Of a DNA stretch of 64,000 bases, positions 18,003 through 25,074 are shown in pieces. Below the pieces are notes generated by a model. That model was not told the origin of the DNA and made no database searches. It saw only the letters and a list, made by a program, of their open reading frames with translations. This DNA comes from a virus: IMG/VR virus record IMGVR_UViG_3300044630_001234, one strand, 5' to 3'. Position numbers and translations under genes: made by a program. Each line of letters opens with the position of its first letter. The stretch's first letter is position 1.

Positions 18003-18473
18003 TTAACCTCTTCTCATCATAGAAATTTCAATTGCTTCTTCATCGCTAAACACTGGCACAGCATTTGACTTATGCATAGTAGCGATACCTTTGACTTTAG
18101 TTCCTGTATAAACAGGGCTTGGCTTTAATACAGCGACACCCAATCCGCTGTTCAAACTTTTAATATGTGCATTACTGCGATCTGCAGGAATATTTAAAGA
18201 GTAGTGACCGGATAGGCTGGTAGATTCGAGTCCGCGACTACGTTTGCGTTCTTCTTGTTCCATGCCCTGACGTTTGAGTAGAGCTTTCCATTCTTTATCC
18301 AATTGTTCACTCCTACGTTTAGCTTCGGCAGATGCAAATTTGATCTTGCCTTTACGTTTACCCGTAGTACTTAACCATGGGCCTTCAAGATGCATTGTCA
18401 TAATTTTCCCACGCTTTCTTTTCAAAGTTCCAATGACGGCTATCATAGAAGTTAAAATGAATACAATAGCCAA
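18003..18473 (-). CDS. hypothetical basic protein (156 aa), possible N-terminal signal anchor
   Basis: Track ORF. N-terminus MAIVFILTSMIAVIGTLKRKRGK. Confidence 0.45.
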   Translation of the reverse strand: MAIVFILTSMIAVIGTLKRKRGKIMTMHLEGPWLSTTGKRKGKIKFASAEAKRRSEQLDKEWKALLKRQGMEQEERKRSRGLESTSLSGHYSLNIPADRSNAHIKSLNSGLGVAVLKPSPVYTGTKVKGIATMHKSNAVPVFSDEEAIEISMMRRG

Positions 18474-18665
18474 ACAGACCAGCTTCTAAATCAAGTCCGG
18501 CATGACTTTGTCGTACAGTCCAACTACAAGTGAATAACACTAGAGTAAAGTCTCTAGTAAACTCTAATTCAACAAACTTATGTTTGAACGGAGTTTTGTA
18601 ACTACGGCACCATAAGTTCTTAAATCGATTGCTCCACGGATTGCGGAGACTGAAGTTTAGAGATA

Positions 18666-18998
18666 TCATGCTGTTTCAAGAACAGGGAAATCAATAGGAT
18701 TAGCAGTATTGGATGTATGTGGCTCAAATGTTTTTTGAACCTTGCTAGGAATGCCCGTAAATCGAAGCACTTGCCCATTAGGTGCAATTTTGAGTGATCC
18801 CGCAACTACCCAAATTTGTTTATCAGATGCATCAATACCTGCTAACTTTCGTACTACACCGTTGATCAATCCGCTTGCAGTATCCTTGCCGCGATTCCAA
18901 TGATAGGTAGTGCCCTTGTTTGTCCAAATCTGCTCGTCACCACTATCGGCTAGGCAATGTTGTTTGACTTTAGTTAATGTGTATTCCGAGTTGTTCAT
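18666..18998 (-). CDS. hypothetical protein (110 aa)
   Basis: Track ORF. Confidence 0.5.
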   Translation of the reverse strand: MNNSEYTLTKVKQHCLADSGDEQIWTNKGTTYHWNRGKDTASGLINGVVRKLAGIDASDKQIWVVAGSLKIAPNGQVLRFTGIPSKVQKTFEPHTSNTANPIDFPVLETA

Positions 18999-19084
18999 AG
19001 AACCTCCTAATGTGTATGTCTATGTTATCAGTATATAACAAAACTGGTTTTATTGCAACCGATAATTTTACCAAAAGAAAACCC

Positions 19085-19445
19085 GCCGAAGCGGGTCTGG
19101 TTGTTTCTGTTACGAGGTATTTCCTACCCTAAGCGGTGTTTAGGCCGCTAAGGCAAAATGTGAGTCATTTGCAGTTACTTTTTTTGCTTCTTCGACCGGG
19201 TTACCCCAATCCTACGGGTTCTGCTTTCCCGAGCTGTCCACTCTGTTACTCTTTGCCCTGTCGAAACTATGCAGGCCCATTATAAAACACACTACGAACT
19301 CATCCTGCTGAATTTTCCGCTGTTCTCAACTAGATTCATCAGTTTTCGAGGCTGACCGCACCCTAGTATCTAATGTGTTTTATGGTGGACCTGGGGGGAT
19401 TCGCACCCCCGTCCAGAACACTTTTCTCTTTGCTTCATACAGCAA
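19085..19445 (-). ncRNA. ssrA: tmRNA (SsrA), circularly permuted two-piece type. The acceptor piece lies upstream of the coding piece. Tag reading frame GCA AAT GAC TCA CAT TTT GCC TTA GCG GCC TAA encodes (A)ANDSHFALAA.
   Basis: On the minus strand the T-arm and 3' acceptor GGACGGGGGTGCGAATCCCCCCAGGTCCACCA occupy ~19383-19414. The partner 5' acceptor strand GGGCCUG-CAUAG-UUUCGACAGGG (G3:U70 Ala determinant, UUCGAC motif) lies ~105 nt downstream at ~19278. The intervening segment is bracketed by the inverted repeat UAAAACACA / UGUGUUUUAU. The tag ORF at 19140-19172 is preceded by GCAAAAAAAGUAACU (compare E. coli GCAAAAAAUAGUC-GCA). A terminator hairpin GACCCGCuucgGCGGGUUUUCUUUUGG lies at ~19081-19105. 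Confidence 0.8.
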
Positions 19446-19455
19446 TAACTTATAT

Positions 19456-19782
19456 TTACACTCTAAAACTTTCTCCGCACCCGCATTTATCACGTTCATT
19501 AGGATTGCGAAATTCAAATCCTTCATTGAGTCCATTACGAGCCCAATCAACATTAAGTCCCTGTAAGTATGCAAGTGACTTTGCATCAACTAGTACTACA
19601 AAATCTGGTTGAGCAAAATTAGTAACTCCCTCTTCGGCAATGTAGCTGTCAACATATTCTAACGTATATGCAAGTCCGCTACATCCTGTAGTTTTTACAC
19701 CTAGCCGTATACCAATACCCTTGCCGCGTTTGGACAGGAGTTGTAGGATTTTCTTATTGGCTGTGTCGGTTACGGTAATCAT
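19456..19782 (-). CDS. iscA: Fe-S cluster insertion protein IscA/HesB family
   Basis: GIRLGVKTTGCSGLAYTLEY and the C-terminal NPNERDKCGCGESF give the three conserved Cys of A-type carriers. Confidence 0.8.
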   Translation of the reverse strand: MITVTDTANKKILQLLSKRGKGIGIRLGVKTTGCSGLAYTLEYVDSYIAEEGVTNFAQPDFVVLVDAKSLAYLQGLNVDWARNGLNEGFEFRNPNERDKCGCGESFRV

Positions 19783-20140
19783 TCACAGCCGCCTTGATAG
19801 CATCTTCTGCTAGAATTGAACAATGTATCTTTACTGGCGGTAGGGCTAGCTCTTCGGCGATTTCGGAGTTTTTAATTGATCCGGCTTCGTCAAGTGTTTT
19901 TCCCTTGACCCATTCTGTAATGAGGCTCGAACTCGCAATAGCCGATCCGCAGCCATACGTTTTAAATTTTGCATCTGTAATAATACCTGTATCATGATCA
20001 ACCTTTATCTGTAGTTTCATTACATCACCACAAGCAGGAGCACCGACCATGCCAGTACCAATGTTATCATCATCTTTTCCAAACGATCCGACATTGCGCG
20101 GGTTTTCGTAATGGTCAATAACCTTGTCTGAGTAGGCCAT
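19754..20140 (-). CDS. iscU: Fe-S cluster assembly scaffold IscU/NifU-like
   Basis: MAYSDKVIDHYENPRNVGSF, GAPACGDVMKLQIKV, TYGCGSAIASSS and the LPPVKIHCSILAEDAIKAA motif. Canonical IscU. Confidence 0.85.
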   Translation of the reverse strand: MAYSDKVIDHYENPRNVGSFGKDDDNIGTGMVGAPACGDVMKLQIKVDHDTGIITDAKFKTYGCGSAIASSSLITEWVKGKTLDEAGSIKNSEIAEELALPPVKIHCSILAEDAIKAAVNDYRNRHSQ

Positions 20141-20490
20141 TACTTACATTCAATATAGATAGCTTGGACAAATTGTCCATATTGGTTTTTAACCCAACCA
20201 AAGTTCTCAAATGGATATGTACCTTGTGGGCATTGTATAATTGGAGAACCTTGTACAATCGGTGGTTGAACAACGACAGTGGGAGTCTCAATGGGTCTAT
20301 TATTATTTGCAATGGCAGCGCCTACAACTCCACCAATGATCAACGGAACAAATACTTGTCCCCAATTTCCTCCATGATGGTGGATTACTCTTGGACCATG
20401 ATATCCATGATGGCCGTGATGTCTATGTTGTGCTGACGCTGTGCCAACAAGGGCAAAAGATAAAACAAGTGCAGTCAATAATTTCTTCAT
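20140..20490 (-). CDS. secreted histidine-rich protein (likely periplasmic metal-binding)
   Basis: Start moved to MKKLLTALVLSFALVGTASA (signal peptide, GGAG Shine-Dalgarno site). The mature protein begins QHRHHGHHGYHGPRVIHHHGGNWG. Confidence 0.55.
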   Translation of the reverse strand: MKKLLTALVLSFALVGTASAQHRHHGHHGYHGPRVIHHHGGNWGQVFVPLIIGGVVGAAIANNNRPIETPTVVVQPPIVQGSPIIQCPQGTYPFENFGWVKNQYGQFVQAIYIECK

Positions 20491-20641
20491 AACTTTCTCC
20501 ATGATGTATATATAACGCCTTAGCCCTATATTACGTTGACACATTTGACGGAATCCGTAGGGCTTGTGGAGTCTCCGTCTAACTACAAGGTCTTTCACCT
20601 TGGCAACCTGCTATGCAGATTTACCCCTATCGGATACTATA

Positions 20642-20790
20642 TTTAATTAATTCTGCTATAGTTCAGCACCATACCAGAACCGTACATGCTTTCAGCAAGC
20701 ATTTTACATTCCCAATCGTTGTTAGCATTGACTACAACGTCAGCAGTTTGATACTGATTAAGTCTAACCCAAACACGATATTGATACATA
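20642..20790 (-). CDS. possible small ORF (~49 aa) downstream of csp, not in the track
   Basis: MYQYRVWVRLNQYQTADVVVNANNDWECKMLAESMYGSGMVLNYSRIN. Perfect AAGGAG 6 nt upstream of the ATG. Coordinates approximate. Confidence 0.3.
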
Positions 20791-20798
20791 CTAACTCC

Positions 20799-21005
20799 TT
20801 ACTTTACAGATTGAATGTTCTGAGCCTGTTTACCATTCGGGCCATTAATTACTTCAAATTGGACAAGTTCGTCTGTTTTCAAAGTTTTATAGCCCTCCAT
20901 TTGAATTTGGCTAAAATGTGCAAACACATCTTCACCGCCTTCGTCTGATACAATAAATCCAAAACCTTTGGAATTATTAAACCATTTTACTTTACCTTGT
21001 TGCAT
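20799..21005 (-). CDS. csp: cold-shock protein (CspA family)
   Basis: [35 protein letters not shown] carries the RNP1 (KGFGFI) and RNP2 (VFAHF) motifs. Confidence 0.85.
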   Translation of the reverse strand: MQQGKVKWFNNSKGFGFIVSDEGGEDVFAHFSQIQMEGYKTLKTDELVQFEVINGPNGKQAQNIQSVK

Positions 21006-21057
21006 TACTGCTTCCTCTTGTTATTATTATACTGGATTTTTACCAGTTTGTCAACCA

Positions 21058-21894
21058 TTATATTTTACTTGGACGCCAGCAACTTACCCAATTTGCGTTA
21101 TTTGCACCTGTTCCGCCCGGATAAGATTTGGTTATATCTCCGTCATCTGGGTTATTCTTTCCACCACTAGGGGTTTGATTACCACCCACAAAGGTAAATT
21201 TACCATTTTGGGCAGTATAAACAAAGTTAACGTGTCTATAACTCCAAAATGCTATATCACCGGGCTGTGCTTGATCTTTAGGAACTTGCGTAGCGTTCCA
21301 TTTTCCCGGACTGGTCGTAATTGCGGCCGCACTTGCAGTTTGGAAATATCGATATCCGCAACTTTTTAATCCAAAATTAATAAATCCCATGCACCAGGCC
21401 GTTTGGTCTGTTGTCCAAGGGCTACTGCTCGGGTATCCTAAATTCTGCCATACGCCTGTAATCGTAGGATTACTAGGTTTTCCGCCTTGTCCGGTTTCGC
21501 GCCACTTACCTTGTGCAGCCTCGTCGAGGCATTTTGTCAAGAAAGGTACAAGACTAGAAAACGTAGTATCAGTTGATATTGTTGATACTGCCGCAGTAGC
21601 AGTAGTAGCATCATCTACAGTGCCGGCATAGTTGGCCTTAACACCATCAGCTGCCGCAGCCGCATTATAATACTGATTAGGTTGCCCAGTCTGAGCAGCA
21701 ACATAGGTATTAACCTGTGCGGTTACTTCTTCTACTACTAGCGGATCTAACTCTACTGATACAGACACACTGATCCCACCAAAGGTTCCGCTGCCGCCAG
21801 GCGATAGCCAGAGAGCTATGGGAACATTATTAGCGTAGACGTTGCCGCTATGGTAAACGTCTGTAAGTCGGCCGGTGCCGGGAATGTATGGCAT
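21058..21894 (-). CDS. CHAP-domain (NlpC/P60-like) cell-wall peptidase; candidate endolysin or virion-associated lysin
   Basis: C-terminal QTAWCMGFINFGL (catalytic Cys) ... FWSYRHVNFVYTA (His). Low-complexity Ala/Thr-rich N-domain. Confidence 0.6.
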   Translation of the reverse strand: MPYIPGTGRLTDVYHSGNVYANNVPIALWLSPGGSGTFGGISVSVSVELDPLVVEEVTAQVNTYVAAQTGQPNQYYNAAAAADGVKANYAGTVDDATTATAAVSTISTDTTFSSLVPFLTKCLDEAAQGKWRETGQGGKPSNPTITGVWQNLGYPSSSPWTTDQTAWCMGFINFGLKSCGYRYFQTASAAAITTSPGKWNATQVPKDQAQPGDIAFWSYRHVNFVYTAQNGKFTFVGGNQTPSGGKNNPDDGDITKSYPGGTGANNANWVSCWRPSKI

Positions 21895-21914
21895 ATTAAT
21901 CTCCTATCATATAT

Positions 21915-22203
21915 TTACGATAAAGCAATACCAGTTGTTCCCTGTACATATTGATCGGCTGCACTTTTCTCTGCAAGTACCATTACAATGATGTGACTGT
22001 GTTTAATAGTAACATTGTCACTGCCACCCAAGAACATAAATGGCATCATGCCCAGTCCTTGTGCGCCGATGCTAACACTCTTAGGTCTGTTTAGTTTAAC
22101 ATACTCATTAGTATCTTCATCTAAACGTCCGATGATTTCTTCACCGGAAATTAATTTAATGCTCACTGTGTCACCGGTGGCTGCGGGTTTTTGAATTAAC
22201 ATA
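21915..22203 (-). CDS. hypothetical protein (~96 aa; start moved to MLIQKP)
   Basis: Track ORF 21915..22265. AAGGA Shine-Dalgarno site 7 nt before the internal ATG, which removes the overlap with the upstream gene. Confidence 0.45.
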
Positions 22204-22671
22204 TTATTCCTTATCTTCTTTTTTGGGTATTTCGCATAAAGCTTCGAGTGTTTTATAATGCTCATAGGCTTTTTTAAGAGCTGCGAAGTGCTCTAGTTTT
22301 GCAGGGTCTGGTTGGAGTATGGCAAGCCGGTTTGAAATAGTTTCCATAAACTCTGAGATATTCCGGCCGTTTATCATAACCTTGCCTTCGAACTCTGCGT
22401 CACCTGAGACTTTTAAACCTGGAGTTGACGAACTACTGCTTATATTCCAATTTGTGTTGCTCCAGCTAGTGCCATTCAAGCCGCTGGTTAGAAAGCTACC
22501 AGAGCTACCGACTGCACCATAGTTACTACCGCTACCGTTACTAATAGTAATGCTAGATGGTGTTGTACTATAGGAGTAATTATAAGAGTTCATACTAGTG
22601 GAATCTATAAACATATCACCAGTTAACTCATCTTGAACATCTATAGTGATTGTATTATCTTTATCATCCAT
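22204..22671 (-). CDS. hypothetical Ser/Thr/Asn-rich protein (155 aa)
   Basis: Track ORF. Low-complexity central region. Confidence 0.45.
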   Translation of the reverse strand: MDDKDNTITIDVQDELTGDMFIDSTSMNSYNYSYSTTPSSITISNGSGSNYGAVGSSGSFLTSGLNGTSWSNTNWNISSSSSTPGLKVSGDAEFEGKVMINGRNISEFMETISNRLAILQPDPAKLEHFAALKKAYEHYKTLEALCEIPKKEDKE

Positions 22672-22890
22672 TTAGATGTGCCTTTAGTTCAGTAAAGCCA
22701 CCAATGAGTTGATCATCGATAAAGATCTGTGGTACTGTTCTTGCTGTGGGAATTGCTTCTAACAATTCTTCTTTAGAATATCCATCACCAATTTTCTTTT
22801 CTTCAAATGGAATACCTCGTTGTTTTAATAATGCCTTTGCCTGTTCGCAAAATGGGCAGTGGTACTTCGACCACACAATTGCTTTAGTCA
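22664..22890 (-). CDS. glutaredoxin (NrdH/Grx-like), ~75 aa
   Basis: Start moved to MTKAIVWSKYHCPFCEQAK (AAGGAAG Shine-Dalgarno site). CPFC active site, TVPQIFIDDQLIGG motif. Overlaps the nrdB stop by ~13 nt. Confidence 0.8.
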
Positions 22891-22901
22891 TTTTTACTTC
22901 C

Positions 22902-24002
22902 TTATAGATCTGGTAGTTCTTCATAGCTAACTGAATCACTCATAACACCAATAACATAATTGGTGCTTTCGTTTTCTTGTAATGCAGTTTGTTTCTTATT
23001 GATATTAACATGCTTGTTAAACCAAGGGATAGGGCTCATCTTTGGATGTTCTGCTAGGTACTTGATGCCAATTTCTTTTAGTCTAGTAAATGCAGTATAG
23101 TCAACAAAGTCTTTCAATATGCTGGCGTTCAATCCAATGACCACACCTTTCTTGAACAAGTATTCAGCCCAGGCCTTTTCTTCTTGAATGACTTCCATAT
23201 ACATAGCGTATACTTCTGCTTCACACTCTTTTTCAATTTCAATAAAGTCTGGATCGTCTTTGGTTACATTGTTGATCAACCAACCAGTCCACTCTGCGTG
23301 AAGTAATTCGTCTTGCAAAATCAAACTGATGATGTTGCCGTTACCAATGTAGATTTTATTCTCTACCATAGCAAGTGACGTGGCGAAGGATACCATAAAA
23401 CGTAGAGCTTCGAGTGCGTATGATGCATGTAGGGCCATCCATATGGCTCGCTTGTGAACGTGTAGTCCAACATCTTCACCCAACTCTTTACGGCTGTTAA
23501 GAATATGAAGGTCTTCATAGTAACGACCAACACTAGCAGCCATACCAGCAATTTCAGCCGTGTCGTGAATCTTGTTAAACTCATCTTTAGGTACTCCGTA
23601 GACGTTACGAATAATGTGACTATAGCTCTTGCTGTGAATACTTGTTTCGAAGAAACTCCAAGTAAGTGTTAGTGCTTCAAGTTCTGGAATTGAACAGACT
23701 GGTCCAAACACTTGGAAAGGTGCGCGGCCTTGAATACTGTCTAGGGCAGTTTGTCTTAACAGGTTACTGGTAAAGATATGTTTAACAGCATCACTGGCTT
23801 CTTTGTGATCCATCTTATCTTTGGTAAGACTAATCTCTTCAGGTACCCAGAAAAAGCCACGAGCAAGTTCTTCGTACTTCTGTAGTTTAGGATACTTAAC
23901 TTCCTCAAAACGTTGCACTGTTACGGGACCAGCAGGGTCTAAGAACATAGTTCGTTTAAGGTAATTCGTTTGTTTTGAAAAATTGTATTGTGCTTTTGAC
24001 AT
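22902..24002 (-). CDS. nrdB: ribonucleotide reductase class Ia small subunit
   Basis: Di-iron ligands and the tyrosyl radical region (EALRFMVSF..., LQDELLHAEW). Length 366 aa. Confidence 0.9.
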   Translation of the reverse strand: MSKAQYNFSKQTNYLKRTMFLDPAGPVTVQRFEEVKYPKLQKYEELARGFFWVPEEISLTKDKMDHKEASDAVKHIFTSNLLRQTALDSIQGRAPFQVFGPVCSIPELEALTLTWSFFETSIHSKSYSHIIRNVYGVPKDEFNKIHDTAEIAGMAASVGRYYEDLHILNSRKELGEDVGLHVHKRAIWMALHASYALEALRFMVSFATSLAMVENKIYIGNGNIISLILQDELLHAEWTGWLINNVTKDDPDFIEIEKECEAEVYAMYMEVIQEEKAWAEYLFKKGVVIGLNASILKDFVDYTAFTRLKEIGIKYLAEHPKMSPIPWFNKHVNINKKQTALQENESTNYVIGVMSDSVSYEELPDL

Positions 24003-24003
24003 A

Positions 24004-24405
24004 TTAAATAACCAATTCCTGCCATGATGCTAAGTCATTGGACCATATGTACTTCTTCCCGTCATCAGGTGGAGGTGATGGCGGTTCCCATCCGCATATT
24101 GTTTCATTAAATACCCAGCCATTGGGATGGGAAAACTGCATAGCTTGTGCAATTCTAACCGCACGTTCTTCTGCGGTATATCCTACTAGAGTATGCACAT
24201 CACGTACTACATCATCGTGGTGTAACTGATATATTGATTCAATTCTCTCATAAGGTCCTGCAAGCGGCGCAGAGACTCGTTCAAACACTTTTAATGTGTT
24301 TGGAAGATTGGCAGGATCAAATTGAGGATTGGCCTGTCTTAGATTGTCTTCTAGAATAGGATGATCTACAATCTGTCCGTTGATATATTTTATATATAAT
24401 TTCAT
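24004..24405 (-). CDS. hypothetical protein (133 aa) inside the nrd operon
   Basis: Track ORF between the aldolase and nrdB. Confidence 0.5.
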   Translation of the reverse strand: MKLYIKYINGQIVDHPILEDNLRQANPQFDPANLPNTLKVFERVSAPLAGPYERIESIYQLHHDDVVRDVHTLVGYTAEERAVRIAQAMQFSHPNGWVFNETICGWEPPSPPPDDGKKYIWSNDLASWQELVI

Positions 24406-24423
24406 TGTTATTCCTTTTATAAT

Positions 24424-25059
24424 TTAATACTTACCACTTGCAAGTACTATTTTGCAAATGTGTTCTAATCGTTCAATATGCTCAAAAGCACGCCATGGAC
24501 TTGTATCAATGGCAACTACTCCGTGTCCTTTAATACCTACAATGTCAAAATTAATTGTACCATCTTTTCGAAGCCACAGATTTTCATGACAACGATCAGC
24601 AAGCTCTTGACTAATAGGCGGCACATCTCCTACGTTCTTAGCTACTTTTGTATAGCGATTTAATTCTGGAAACTCTACACTAACTGTGCTTAGATCAATG
24701 CCGGCATGCATGGCCGCAATACAGTAAGTAGGATGAACGTGTACAACTACACGAACGTCATTACTATGCTGTCCCATTGCTCGTTGCAAACCAAAATGCA
24801 ATGGAATTTCTCCACTGGGCTTTAGTTTTTCGCTAATATCAGTATAGGGCAGTTCAGTCCAGTTATACCGATTAACTGGTTGATGCAATATGCCAATCTT
24901 TTTAAACTGATCCGGCTGTAGTGTTTGCTTACGTACACCACTAGGTGTGATGTAAAAGTGATCACGGTCGTGATGACGGATACTTACATTGCCATCACGG
25001 CTAGTAATCCAATTGCGTTTATACGCATCTAACATCACATCACAAATTGTTTCCAGCAT
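24424..25059 (-). CDS. class II aldolase/adducin-family protein (fuculose/ribulose-phosphate aldolase/epimerase-like)
   Basis: RDGNVSIR (substrate phosphate), VVHVHPTY (zinc His), IKGHGVVAIDTSPWRAFEHIERLE. The order matches AraD/FucA/MtnB. Confidence 0.65.
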   Translation of the reverse strand: MLETICDVMLDAYKRNWITSRDGNVSIRHHDRDHFYITPSGVRKQTLQPDQFKKIGILHQPVNRYNWTELPYTDISEKLKPSGEIPLHFGLQRAMGQHSNDVRVVVHVHPTYCIAAMHAGIDLSTVSVEFPELNRYTKVAKNVGDVPPISQELADRCHENLWLRKDGTINFDIVGIKGHGVVAIDTSPWRAFEHIERLEHICKIVLASGKY

Positions 25060-25074
25060 TAATATATTCTCAAT

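Noticed and set aside
18385-18805. Overlapping minus-strand ORFs 18385..18669 (94 aa) and 18620..18805 (61 aa)
   Set aside because: They overlap the better-supported flanking ORFs 18003..18473 and 18666..18998 out of frame, and lack Shine-Dalgarno sites or recognisable motifs. The ~190-bp spacer is more likely untranslated.
19383-19460. Canonical minus-strand tRNA suggested by the GGGGGTGCGAATCCCCC-CAGGTCC-ACCA 3' end
   Set aside because: No matching 5' acceptor strand, D-arm or anticodon arm lies within ~80 nt upstream. The partner strand GGGCCUG lies ~105 nt downstream and is followed by a tag reading frame, so this is the acceptor piece of a permuted tmRNA rather than a tRNA.
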